This document shows positions 48,907-57,980 of a DNA stretch of 64,000 nucleotides, piece after piece. The notes under the pieces were generated by a model that was not told where the DNA came from, did not search any database, and saw nothing but the letters and a program-made list of their open reading frames with translations. Source of the stretch: Candidatus Beckwithbacteria bacterium (GTDB lineage: Bacteria > Patescibacteriota > Microgenomatia > UBA1400 > CG1-02-47-37); contig JAZDKF010000012.1 of the NCBI GenBank assembly GCA_043803225.1, forward strand, positions 54,143-118,142. Reading direction: 5' to 3'. The translations under genes were made by a program, and so were the position numbers. The first letter of the stretch is position 1. Each line of letters starts with the position of its first letter.

Positions 48907-50122
48907 GCCAATACTAGTTCTAACCACTGTATTAGTTATATCGATTCTCTACTGGCAAGCACTTAATCCCTTATGGCGCGGCCATTTAGAAATTGATGTT
49001 TGGAGTTGGTTTCTGCGAATGGAATATTTTTTTAAACACAACTCTTTTACAGGTCTAGACGGCAATGAAATTCTTCCCACGACGCTTATTTATATTTTTA
49101 TCCCTCGCTTGTTAGCTGGCTGGAAAAATCTTTCTTATATTTCTTATCTTTCAGCTGCGACGTTAGTTAATTTATTGGTAATTTTTCTCACCCTCGTTGT
49201 AGTGAAAAAGAAATCATCTTCACTTCAATCTTGGCTATTTTTAATCTTAGTCTTAGCCATTGGCCCAATCCTTCTTTTTCGCTTTGACACAATCGTCGCC
49301 CTCTTCGTCCTTTTAAGCCTATATTTGTTTTCAAAAAAAAGAATAATCTCATCTGCTATTTTCTTAAGTTTGGCCACCTCCATGAAAATATATCCGATTA
49401 TTTTATTACCCTACCTGGGATTAATTCTTATGTATCAAAAAAGTTTTAAACGCATTTTAATTTACTTATTTTATTTTCTCCTATTTATGGCCTTGCCGAT
49501 AATAATATTTTTCCTTCTCGGTGGAAATCTTAAGCAAATTTTATCTGCTATGGAATTTCACGGTCTTAAATATGTTAGTATCGAAAGTCTGCCGGGAAGT
49601 TTATTAACCGCCTCTTCGCTGATTTTTAACCATCGCCCTCCAGATTTATTAGGGGGTTATGGAATTTGGGGAATTACTACGCCGCTGATTAAAACTCTTG
49701 GTCTAAAAGTTTTTAATTATTTTTGGGTTTTACCAGTTAGTTTTTTTTATCTCTTTATCATCAAAAACAGAAAATATCTAGCTAAACTTTATCCTTCAGT
49801 TTGTTTCTCATTGGTTTTATTCTTTCTAGTCTTTTCTAAAAATCTACACCCTCAATACATTTGGTGGTTTCTATCCATTTTTCCCTTTATTAAAATTACT
49901 GCCTTCAACCGCTATAAATATTTATTTATGTTTATTTTGTTGGTATTTATCAGTATTTTCAACCAATTAGTTTATCCGTTGTTTTACACTCAGTTTATAG
50001 ACGATTTTTTCCAGCATAATCGTTACTATGAAGTTTTTTACGCCCTTTTAATTAGAAACTTTTTAATTGTTTGTCTATTAATAGTTAGTTTGAAAAATGA
50101 ATTTCCTAAAAAAACACTTTAA
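48869..50122 (+). CDS. polytopic membrane protein, GT-C-like (DUF2029/GT87-like) glycosyltransferase, putative
   Basis: At least 10 TM helices, low-GC. Start uncertain (the track ORF begins at 48758 inside the LCP gene; 48869 ATG chosen). Confidence 0.45.
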   Translation: MITLKKLSTKINRPILVLTTVLVISILYWQALNPLWRGHLEIDVWSWFLRMEYFFKHNSFTGLDGNEILPTTLIYIFIPRLLAGWKNLSYISYLSAATLVNLLVIFLTLVVVKKKSSSLQSWLFLILVLAIGPILLFRFDTIVALFVLLSLYLFSKKRIISSAIFLSLATSMKIYPIILLPYLGLILMYQKSFKRILIYLFYFLLFMALPIIIFFLLGGNLKQILSAMEFHGLKYVSIESLPGSLLTASSLIFNHRPPDLLGGYGIWGITTPLIKTLGLKVFNYFWVLPVSFFYLFIIKNRKYLAKLYPSVCFSLVLFFLVFSKNLHPQYIWWFLSIFPFIKITAFNRYKYLFMFILLVFISIFNQLVYPLFYTQFIDDFFQHNRYYEVFYALLIRNFLIVCLLIVSLKNEFPKKTL

Positions 50123-51332
50123 TTTAAAAACACTAATTCTTTTAGTGTTTATTTTACGATCAGCGCTTTCTTTGTTGCCGCCAATGGCCATCGATCAAAG
50201 TTGTTGGCGTGCCTGGAGCCAAAGACTGGTTGACTTAGGCCCCGCCGAATTTTATTCAGAAACTGTGTTTACCGCTAACCCTCCTGGCTTTCTTTATGTT
50301 TTTTGGCTGCTGGGAGAAATTAAAAATAGTTTATTCCCTCAAATATCTTTTTCTTCTTCCGGCTATGACTGGTTCCTTAAACTGCCCAATAATCTGGCCG
50401 ATATTGCTGCCGGGGTGCTTATTTACCTGTTAATTAAGACAAAAAGGGGAATCGGCATAGCCAAACTTGGGTTTCTTCTTTACACCCTAAATCCAATAAC
50501 TTGGTTTAACTCATCAGTTTATGGCCAATTTGATGGCTCAGCTGCATTTTTTGGTTTACTCGCAGTGTACTTATTATTAACTAAGCGAAAACTATCCTTG
50601 TCTGCTGCTGTTTTCGCCCTCGCCTGGGCCATAAAACCGCAATTGATTGCTTTGGCTCCGGCTTTGGGATTATTAGCTATCTTTCGCTTTAAGCCAATTG
50701 ATTGGTTTAAAGCCGCCTTAGCCTTTATATCAACCACCTTAATAATCTACTGGCCGTTTTTCCCCGGAAATCCTGTTAAGGGGATAATCTCTGTTTTTCA
50801 GCAAATGGCCAACCTTTACTCTTGCGCTTCCTGTTTTACTTTTAATTTCTGGGGTCTTTGGGGCAATTGGTTCCCCGATACCACTGTATTGCTTGGTCTA
50901 TCGTTTATGTCTTGGGGGATTATTCTTGTCGGCTTGAATCTGATTGTTGTCTTGTTGCTTAAACCGCTTAAACTTCGCTATCGTTTACCCTATCTTTACC
51001 TTACTATTGCGATCTCAATTTTATCCTTTAATATGTTGGTTACCCGAATGCACGAGCGTTATGTTTTTCCCTTTTTTGCCTTTTTCCTTTTAGCTGCCAT
51101 TCTCATGAAATCAAGACTGTTATTTGTTTTTTATCTGATTTTTTCTATTTTTAATACCTTTAATGTTTACTATCCTTACTCTTATTACAATCCGGATTTT
51201 CACTTAACCCCGGCTTTAATTAACTGGCTTAATCAAAACTTTCAGTTGCTGTCCGTAATTGGCTTAGCTATTTATTTGATATTATTAACTCACTTTTTAA
51301 TTACTTTAAAAAGATTAAGAAAAAAATCATGA
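50097..51332 (+). CDS. polytopic membrane protein, GT-C-like glycosyltransferase, putative
   Basis: 411 aa, at least 10 TM helices. Same operon, overlapping starts and stops. Confidence 0.45.
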   Translation: MNFLKKHFNLKTLILLVFILRSALSLLPPMAIDQSCWRAWSQRLVDLGPAEFYSETVFTANPPGFLYVFWLLGEIKNSLFPQISFSSSGYDWFLKLPNNLADIAAGVLIYLLIKTKRGIGIAKLGFLLYTLNPITWFNSSVYGQFDGSAAFFGLLAVYLLLTKRKLSLSAAVFALAWAIKPQLIALAPALGLLAIFRFKPIDWFKAALAFISTTLIIYWPFFPGNPVKGIISVFQQMANLYSCASCFTFNFWGLWGNWFPDTTVLLGLSFMSWGIILVGLNLIVVLLLKPLKLRYRLPYLYLTIAISILSFNMLVTRMHERYVFPFFAFFLLAAILMKSRLLFVFYLIFSIFNTFNVYYPYSYYNPDFHLTPALINWLNQNFQLLSVIGLAIYLILLTHFLITLKRLRKKS

Positions 51333-52501
51333 AACAAAATCACCTTAAACTGCTGTTTCTTCTCTTTATTATTTCTATTTTCTTCCGCACTTTTCGTCTT
51401 TCACAGCCAAAGGCCTATGTTTTTGACGAGGTTTATCATACTTTTACCGCCCAGGAAATGGCCAAAGGGAACCAGCATGCCTGGGAATGGTGGGTTCCTT
51501 CACCGCCTGGGGTAGCTTATGAATGGACTCATCCGCCTTTAGCTAAACTGGCCATGGCCGGATCAATCAGCTTATTGGGTGATCGTAGTTTTGCCTGGCG
51601 TTTTCCCAGTGCGGTTTTCGGCACCTTATCAGTTGCCGTAGTTTATTTTATTGGTAAACAATTATTTAAAAACAATCATCTCGCTCTTTTAGCCGCCGCG
51701 ATTTTTAGTTTTGACGGCCTGCAATTAACTATGTCTCGAGTCGGCATGGCCGACAGCCTTTTAACCCTATTAATGCTTCTGGCCTGTTTATTTTTTTATC
51801 AGTCAAAATTCCGCTTAACCGGAATTTTTCTGGGATTAGCTTTAGCCACCAAATGGTCAGCTGTTTTGCTGTATCCGGTCTTTGGTATCTTATTATTGCC
51901 TAAAATAATTAAAAATACCCAGAAAGTTAAGTTTTTCTTCCAGCTGGCTTATAGCTTTTTGCTTACGCCTTTAGTAATTTATTTTTTAACCTTTATTCCT
52001 TTTTTTAATACCGGACATACTTTAGCTCAGTGGTGGGAACTGCAAAGACAAATGTATTATTATCACTCCCACTTAAACGCCACTCATCAGTACCAATCAA
52101 TGGCTTGGCAGTGGCCGCTTCTTGTCCGGCCGGTTTGGTTTTATGTGGATTATGCGAAAAATTCAATTGCTAATATTTATAATCTCGGCAACCCGGCAAT
52201 TTTCTGGGGCGGGTTAGTCGCTTTATTTTTTAGCCGCAATTTTACTTTATTAATCTCTTACTTTCTCCTTTTTTTCCCTTTTGTCTTTTCTCCCCGGATT
52301 ATGTTTTTACACCACTATCTGCCTGCTTTGCCGTTTTTGTGTCTGATTATTGCCCAGGCAATTTATCAGCATAAATTACTGGCAAAGTATTACCTCCTAT
52401 TAGTTATCCTGTTATTTTTATTCTTCTATCCCCTTAATACTGCCATTTCTTTACCGGTGAATTTAGTTAAATATTGGTTTTGGCTGCCAACTTGGAAGTA
52501 A
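51329..52501 (+). CDS. protein O-mannosyltransferase-like GT39 (PMT family)
   Basis: First-loop 'YVFDEVYHTFTAQE' (DE motif of PMT/GT39). Polytopic. Confidence 0.7.
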   Translation: MKQNHLKLLFLLFIISIFFRTFRLSQPKAYVFDEVYHTFTAQEMAKGNQHAWEWWVPSPPGVAYEWTHPPLAKLAMAGSISLLGDRSFAWRFPSAVFGTLSVAVVYFIGKQLFKNNHLALLAAAIFSFDGLQLTMSRVGMADSLLTLLMLLACLFFYQSKFRLTGIFLGLALATKWSAVLLYPVFGILLLPKIIKNTQKVKFFFQLAYSFLLTPLVIYFLTFIPFFNTGHTLAQWWELQRQMYYYHSHLNATHQYQSMAWQWPLLVRPVWFYVDYAKNSIANIYNLGNPAIFWGGLVALFFSRNFTLLISYFLLFFPFVFSPRIMFLHHYLPALPFLCLIIAQAIYQHKLLAKYYLLLVILLFLFFYPLNTAISLPVNLVKYWFWLPTWK

Positions 52502-52506
52502 GTAAA

Positions 52507-53211
52507 ATGAAACAATTTAAACAATTATCAATATTTTTTCCTGCGTTCAACGAAGAGTTTGTGATTCAGAAAACAATCGCTGCTGCAATCAAGGTCGCCC
52601 GGGAAGTTGCCGAAACTTATGAGATTATCGTGATTAACGACGGTTCAACTGACAGAACCGGGGAGATGATTGAAGCCATGATCAGCCGCAATCCTAGCAT
52701 TAGACTTATCTCTCACCCTATTAATCAGGGTTATGGCGCGGCGATAAAATCTGGCCTTGCGGCCGTCCGTTATCCGTGGGTAATTGCCTGTGATTCTGAC
52801 GGCCAGTTTGATTTAACCGAAATAAAAAAATTTACTCCCTATATGAACAACCACGATTTAATTATTGGTTATCGTTTAAAAAGGAGCGACAGCCGCTATC
52901 GTCGCTTCATGGCATTTATTCTGAAACTGGTTAACTTAATCTTGTTTAAAATAAATTTTAAAGATATTGATTGCGGCTTTAAGTTGTTTAAAAAAGAAGT
53001 GATTGCCGCGGTGGGCCCCCTAGCTACTAATAGTGCCATTACTGTTACCGAATTTATTGCTAAATCCCTTCATCAGGGTTTTAAGATTAAAGAAATTGGC
53101 GTCCACCATCATAGCCGTTCTGGTGGTCAACAAACCGGAGGTAAGCCTTCAGTGGTTATTAAAGGCGCCAAAGAAGCGATTAGGCTTTGGTTAAAACAAC
53201 AGCGCCCCTAA
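52507..53211 (+). CDS. polyprenol-phosphate mannose/glucose synthase (Dpm1-like GT2)
   Basis: 'LSIFFPAFNEE...IIVINDGSTDRTGE...IACDSDGQFD' GT2 DXD architecture of Dpm1/GtrB type. Confidence 0.8.
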   Translation: MKQFKQLSIFFPAFNEEFVIQKTIAAAIKVAREVAETYEIIVINDGSTDRTGEMIEAMISRNPSIRLISHPINQGYGAAIKSGLAAVRYPWVIACDSDGQFDLTEIKKFTPYMNNHDLIIGYRLKRSDSRYRRFMAFILKLVNLILFKINFKDIDCGFKLFKKEVIAAVGPLATNSAITVTEFIAKSLHQGFKIKEIGVHHHSRSGGQQTGGKPSVVIKGAKEAIRLWLKQQRP

Positions 53212-53883
53212 GATTAACAGCAGTCCGATTGAAACTCCTAAAACTACGCCGGTAGTGCTGCCTGCCTGGGGCAGTTCCGGCTGGCCGCCTTTAGTCTGCG
53301 CCACTAAAGTTGGCGAAGGCATTGTTCCGCCTTTAGCTATTGATGAAGGCGAGGGGGATAATAAGCCTGTGGGACAACTGCAGTCTGTTTCTTCGCTGCA
53401 GTTGGGATTAACACAGCGCTTATCGCTTCCTACGGTCAGACATCTTAAATTATCGCTGCATTCACTGTCATTCTCGCATTCATCAAAACAGCCGATTAGT
53501 TGAGGCGAAGCCGATGGTGATGGGGAAGGCGAAAGGCTCGGACTTGGTGAAGGCGACCCAGACGGGCTGGGACTCGGACTTGGGGAAGGTGACGGTGAAG
53601 GCGACCCCGATGGGCTCGGCGAAAGGCTCGGACTTGGTGAAGGTGAACCCCCCACTGTAAAACTTAACTCGCAAACTCCTTCGGTTTTGACTTCTTCAAC
53701 CGGCACGGTTTGAGGCTTAGTTGTTGGTTTAGGCGTTGGTGCCGGTGTTGGTTTTTTTAACTGGAAGAACAGGACTATGGCCGTAATCAGCAGAATTGCG
53801 GTAAATCCCAGCAAGCCCCACAACAGCCACTTTTTGTCTTTTTTGGTATTAGCAATAGTAGTATTAGTGTTTATCTGTTCCAT
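53191..53883 (-). CDS. membrane-anchored Cys-module protein with (SP)n repeat tract and C-terminal LPQAG-hydrophobic tail
   Basis: N-terminal TM. 'SPSPSPSLSPSPSGSPSPSPSPSPSPSPSGSPSPSPSLSPSPSPSASP'. Cys module 'CVNPNCSEETDCSCP'. C-terminus 'LPQAGSTTGVVLGVSIGLLLILGALLF'. Confidence 0.6.
   Translation of the reverse strand: MEQINTNTTIANTKKDKKWLLWGLLGFTAILLITAIVLFFQLKKPTPAPTPKPTTKPQTVPVEEVKTEGVCELSFTVGGSPSPSPSLSPSPSGSPSPSPSPSPSPSPSGSPSPSPSLSPSPSPSASPQLIGCFDECENDSECSDNLRCLTVGSDKRCVNPNCSEETDCSCPTGLLSPSPSSIAKGGTMPSPTLVAQTKGGQPELPQAGSTTGVVLGVSIGLLLILGALLF
53490..53650. repeat. short imperfect tandem repeats (GGNGAAGGNGA-type hexamer/12-mer units) encoding the (SP)n tract
   Basis: Visible periodicity 'ggcgaaggcga..ggtgaaggcgac..ggggaaggtgacggtgaaggcgacc'. 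Confidence 0.5.
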
Positions 53884-55085
53884 CTTAAATCCCCTGGCAC
53901 CCCAGGCTGTTGAGATATATTAGCTTTGCCCCACTCAGTGCAGTAAGTTTTAGAGCTGCTCCAGCAGACCCGGCACTGGACTGTCCAAATACCGCTTTGA
54001 TTAATAACCATTTGCTTGCTGGCTTTATTATTCATAGTTGCATAAGACATATTGATTGGGTAAGCAGTTGGATCTTCGATATACTCGGCTGTTCCGACTT
54101 TATGCCTAAAATATGCTACCGGCCCCGGCACTATGGAAAAATTCATTCCCTCACAGGTAAATGTGACCGTGTCATTTAACTGCGGTGCCGCCACGTCTTT
54201 GGTTAAACTCACACAGGTTAAGGGAGGGGAGTACGGCGGCTCTGACGGGCTTGGCGACGGGCTTGTTCCTGCTGATGGGCTCGGGCTACTAGCCGAGCCG
54301 CAATTACAATCAGGGTCTTGAGGGCATTGAGGGTTAACGCAGACATTATTTATACATGACGATCCTTGGCAAGTCCACTGATATATACCATCTATATTTA
54401 CCATACATGATTCGCCACACAAGCGAGGAGGTATTGTCGATGCTGATGCTGACGGCGACGGCGACGATGATGCTGACGGCGATGGCGATGCTGACGGCTC
54501 CGGTTCTGATGATTGCAACGGCGTCCCTGAACAATCATCAGTCAGGTTTACTGGTTCATCAGTGTTTGGCATCTGACAGTAAACACCATTATTATCAAGC
54601 GGATCAATCTGCCCGCACTCATTGGTTCCCAATGACAAACTTCCGCAGTTAGCTGTTGGACCATAATAGGCATTGTCGTCTTTTTCATCACAAAAGCCGT
54701 CTTCGTGAGTATCACCAGTAGGACAATAAATAATTACACAGTTGCCACTAAAGGAGGCGCCAGCGGTATTTATACAGTTAGTCCCCACTTGCGCACTAAT
54801 CGCTGCTTTTTTCTCTACCCTTGTTTGTTCCCCAATTGACTTCACTCCCAGCATCACTCCGCCCACAATTAACGCTAACATCAGCAACCCGCCAACCAAT
54901 TTTAAACCCTTCTTTTTAACAGTTTTTCCAAATTGGTGTGTCGGTTTGGTTATAATTGGTTCTTCTTTAGGCACTGGGGGGATTGGGGTTAATGGCGGAA
55001 TCGGGGACACTGGTGGAGTTGGCGGCACAGGCGGTGGTGGTGTTGGTGGGATTGGGGGCGGGGGCTGCAGGCCAAAGTTATCCAT
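53871..55085 (-). CDS. membrane-anchored poly-Pro / Cys-module / Ser-Pro repeat protein (paralog of the downstream gene)
   Basis: N-terminal 'PPPPIPPTPPPPVPPTPPVSPIPP', TM, then about 30 Cys including 'CVNPQCPQDPDCNCG', interleaved with 'SASPSPSASSSPSPSAS' and 'SPSPSAGTSPSPSPS'. Confidence 0.6.
   Translation of the reverse strand: MDNFGLQPPPPIPPTPPPPVPPTPPVSPIPPLTPIPPVPKEEPIITKPTHQFGKTVKKKGLKLVGGLLMLALIVGGVMLGVKSIGEQTRVEKKAAISAQVGTNCINTAGASFSGNCVIIYCPTGDTHEDGFCDEKDDNAYYGPTANCGSLSLGTNECGQIDPLDNNGVYCQMPNTDEPVNLTDDCSGTPLQSSEPEPSASPSPSASSSPSPSASASTIPPRLCGESCMVNIDGIYQWTCQGSSCINNVCVNPQCPQDPDCNCGSASSPSPSAGTSPSPSPSEPPYSPPLTCVSLTKDVAAPQLNDTVTFTCEGMNFSIVPGPVAYFRHKVGTAEYIEDPTAYPINMSYATMNNKASKQMVINQSGIWTVQCRVCWSSSKTYCTEWGKANISQQPGVPGDLRWNR
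54438..54500. repeat. short tandem repeats (GCTGAYGGCGAY units) encoding SASPSPS tract
   Basis: 'gatgctgatgctgacggcgacggcgacgatgatgctgacggcgatggcgatgctgacggc'. Confidence 0.5.
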
Positions 55086-55103
55086 ATATATGTTTATCTA
55101 TAT

Positions 55104-56429
55104 TTATACACTTTTTTTTAATTTCCAGCCACCGATTAATAAACCAATGCCGGTTAAAATCATCAGCAAGGTCACTTCAAACGTTCCCGGACTAGGCACG
55201 CCGGCATCAGTTGCCGGCATTGACGTTCTTTCTCCTGACGGTGTCGCTGTAATTGCCGGAACGGTTGTTTCTCCGGCTTGGGCAATCACAAAATTTCGAG
55301 ATAAAGTTTGTTCTTCCCCCTGGCTGTCAATATAGCTGATGGTGACTGAATGTTCTCCCGGCTCCAGTCCTGACGGCGGCGTAAACTCCCAGTTGCCGTC
55401 TTCATCGATTGTCGCTGAACCGGTAAAAGTTTCGGGCGAATTAATCTCGATTGCCAAAACTATTCCGCTTGGACCGGTTCCCATAAAGGCCGGTTGGGTG
55501 GCATTAATCACTTCGCCTTCAAACGACGGATTATCTAAAGTCACCTCGCCGCTTTCAGTAGCCACTTCGGAAATCAGCGGATTTAAAGCTTCAAACCCGC
55601 TCTTTTCCGCCACTTGTCCGCCCGGGCTGGCGGTCAGCGATTCGGTTGTCTCCGTTGGGTTAGGCAAACTGGCCACTCTAAAGTCAGCTGACTTGCCCAA
55701 AGTAATATCTGGCACCGGACTGTCATTGGCAGTCGTGGTAATTGCCGAAGCCGTTCCTTGCTGTCCGCCCTGGACTAATAAATTTACAATTGTTGCTTGG
55801 GTGTCATAGGTTAGATAACCGCCCAAATCTATAGTTCTGGCCGTCGCCAGCGATAAGGCCCAGCTGCCTTGGTTTTTTACTAAAGCCGATAAAGGCGCGC
55901 CATTGGCCACGTTAATATAGACCACCACTGCTTCTGCCGGGGTGCCGGCTTGGGACAAGATTGTGCCGTAAATCGGATCTGCCGCCGGCGGATTGCCTAA
56001 GGTAGCTCCGGTGGTTATTTCAAACGGCTTGCCTTTATTATCATACTGTTTATTATTTGACTCGATCTTAAAATAATACTTGGTTTGCGGAGTTAAATTT
56101 TTAGCTGTGACATGGTGGACTTCTGTGCTGACTGCTCCGCCCGACAATTGATCCCGGTCATCTAAAACCGTTTGTTTTAAATCTGTCGGCTGCATGCCCA
56201 GTTTAATTGAGCCGGTGCTGGTTTTCCCGGTAATCCAGGAAACCGAAAAACCCGTGTCGCTGACATTAGTAATTCTGACTTGTTCCGGCGTGCTGGCAGT
56301 TTCGGTTTTCGGTTGTACTCCGCTTCTGGTTTTAAACCAAAAAATTCCCGCCCCGATAAATAGAAATAACAGCAATAAGCCTAATGCCGTGGGGAAGTGA
56401 ATTTTATTGACTTTATTTTTTTGCATCAT
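55104..56429 (-). CDS. cell-surface protein with FN3-like and Ig-like domains, N-terminal signal anchor and C-terminal TM plus basic tail
   Basis: 'VRITNVSDTGFSVSWITGK...YYFKIESNN' FN3 pattern. C-terminus 'TLLMILTGIGLLIGGWKLKKSV'. Confidence 0.55.
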   Translation of the reverse strand: MMQKNKVNKIHFPTALGLLLLFLFIGAGIFWFKTRSGVQPKTETASTPEQVRITNVSDTGFSVSWITGKTSTGSIKLGMQPTDLKQTVLDDRDQLSGGAVSTEVHHVTAKNLTPQTKYYFKIESNNKQYDNKGKPFEITTGATLGNPPAADPIYGTILSQAGTPAEAVVVYINVANGAPLSALVKNQGSWALSLATARTIDLGGYLTYDTQATIVNLLVQGGQQGTASAITTTANDSPVPDITLGKSADFRVASLPNPTETTESLTASPGGQVAEKSGFEALNPLISEVATESGEVTLDNPSFEGEVINATQPAFMGTGPSGIVLAIEINSPETFTGSATIDEDGNWEFTPPSGLEPGEHSVTISYIDSQGEEQTLSRNFVIAQAGETTVPAITATPSGERTSMPATDAGVPSPGTFEVTLLMILTGIGLLIGGWKLKKSV

Positions 56430-56433
56430 AACT

Positions 56434-56772
56434 TTATTCCTGTTGTCCGCTTGGGCTAGCTTCAGCGCTTTGGCTTGCCTCGCCCTGCGGGCTGCTGACC
56501 GGCGGCACCAGTAAAACTGCCGGCTGGGCCGGTTTCAGACTGTCCCAATCAGCGCTGGGAACTGCTTCCCTCCGGCTGATCATTTTCATTGTGTCAAGAT
56601 CTAGGGTTGACGTCAAGGGTGTTAGTAGTTTTTTTACCTCCGGCCTAATTTGGCTCTTGGTAAAAGCTTTATAAGTAACCATTCCTAGCCAGACTATGGT
56701 AGTTATGATTGTTAACACCGCCAGTTTGAAAAAATCTTTTTTAAACCTTTGTTCGAAGCGTTCACTGATCAT
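56434..56772 (-). CDS. small membrane protein in pilN/pilO operon (PilP-like position)
   Basis: 112 aa, one TM, Pro/Ser-rich tail. Confidence 0.4.
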   Translation of the reverse strand: MISERFEQRFKKDFFKLAVLTIITTIVWLGMVTYKAFTKSQIRPEVKKLLTPLTSTLDLDTMKMISRREAVPSADWDSLKPAQPAVLLVPPVSSPQGEASQSAEASPSGQQE

Positions 56773-57407
56773 TATTGCCCTCCTGTTAGGGGTAAATAAA
56801 ACCCGGCCAGCTTTAAATTAACGGTAAGTTTGTTGGAAATCTTCGAATTTTTATTGCTCAAACTTAAATCAACAATCGTCAGCAGCCGGTCAATTGCCGC
56901 AATTTTGGTGACAAAGTTTTTTACCTGCTGGTAATTGCCGCTTATAGTTAAGTTTACTGTCAACTCCACCGGCTTGCCTGGCTCTGCTCTTTGGTTTAAT
57001 AAATTAAATTCACCCAAACTGCCTGAGGTAATTTCTACTCCAGCCTGTTGAGCCACCCAGTAAATCTGCCAGACTAATCTTTCAAACCTTTCTGATTCTG
57101 GCAACACTTCTTTAATTTCCGGTAAATTGTTAACAATGGCAGCAAAGTTAGTTTCCGCCGCCTTCAAGCTGACAATCTTTTGGGTCAGCTTGCTGTCAAC
57201 CGTTTCCTGATCGCTGATTTCCCTGTTAAGCGTCGCAATGGTTCTAGAGGTAGGTAGAATCGCTACCATCAGAAAAAAAGCAATCGTAAAAACAGTTAAA
57301 CTGGCCAGGCCGGATACTCTTACATCTGGTTTCTGGGTCCAAAGTTTAAAACGCTTGTAGTATCGGTCATAGTTTCTGGCGATGGTTAATCTTTGATTTA
57401 AGCTCAT
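56772..57407 (-). CDS. pilO: type IV pilus assembly protein PilO-like
   Basis: 211 aa. Cytoplasmic N-terminus, TM 'LASLTVFTIAFFLMVAIL', coiled coil, C-terminal alpha/beta domain. Overlaps pilN by 4 nt. Confidence 0.55.
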   Translation of the reverse strand: MSLNQRLTIARNYDRYYKRFKLWTQKPDVRVSGLASLTVFTIAFFLMVAILPTSRTIATLNREISDQETVDSKLTQKIVSLKAAETNFAAIVNNLPEIKEVLPESERFERLVWQIYWVAQQAGVEITSGSLGEFNLLNQRAEPGKPVELTVNLTISGNYQQVKNFVTKIAAIDRLLTIVDLSLSNKNSKISNKLTVNLKLAGFYLPLTGGQ

Positions 57408-57973
57408 TTGTTTTTATACTCTAAGGTCATTTTAAAAATAATTCCGCTGATGTTGCTCTTGCTTGAATCAACACTTTCTAGAGAAACTCCGCTGAACTTT
57501 TGGCTTTCTTGGGCTTTACTTAGCAAGGTCGCCAAGCCTGTTTCTGACAGCACCACGCCCTGCAATCCCACCTCTTCATTATTAATCGTAATCGAGTCAT
57601 AAATCGCGTCCATAGGAGTAATCAAGCTTAATTCATCTAAAACTTCGGTTACCTTAAGACTTTCTGTTTCAGCGGTTTTAACCACCTCCAGCTGTTGTTG
57701 AACCTGTCTGAATTTCGCTTCAAAATCACCAAAGCTTACTACCACCGCCACTTTTTGTTTAATTTTTTCGTTTAAATCAGTCAGTTTTCGGTCTAGGGAA
57801 AACCTGAACAGAAAAGCCAAAATCACCGCCAACTCTACAAACACCACTACATATTTGCCGACTGTCAGCACCCACTTGACTAACTTACCCAGCAAGCCTA
57901 CTTCCCACGGATCTTTTGGTAATAAATTAATTTCTTTACGCTCTTTTTTCCGGGCAGGCATACTTAAGTTCAA
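57404..57973 (-). CDS. pilN: type IV pilus assembly protein PilN
   Basis: N-terminal 'EINLLPKD' (the PilN INLLP PilM-binding motif), TM, coiled coil. Confidence 0.7.
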   Translation of the reverse strand: MNLSMPARKKERKEINLLPKDPWEVGLLGKLVKWVLTVGKYVVVFVELAVILAFLFRFSLDRKLTDLNEKIKQKVAVVVSFGDFEAKFRQVQQQLEVVKTAETESLKVTEVLDELSLITPMDAIYDSITINNEEVGLQGVVLSETGLATLLSKAQESQKFSGVSLESVDSSKSNISGIIFKMTLEYKNK

Positions 57974-57980
57974 GTATATA

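Noticed and set aside
54133-55335. Plus-strand ORFs (up to 197 aa, Gly/Thr-rich) opposite the Cys/Pro-rich protein genes
   Set aside because: Antisense of poly-Pro/(SP)n coding repeats gives poly-Gly/Asp-Gly frames. The minus-strand frames carry TM anchors and ordered Cys modules.
55339-55809. 156-aa plus-strand ORF inside the FN3/Ig surface-protein gene
   Set aside because: Shadow ORF with no start context. The minus frame is continuous with signal anchor and domain structure.
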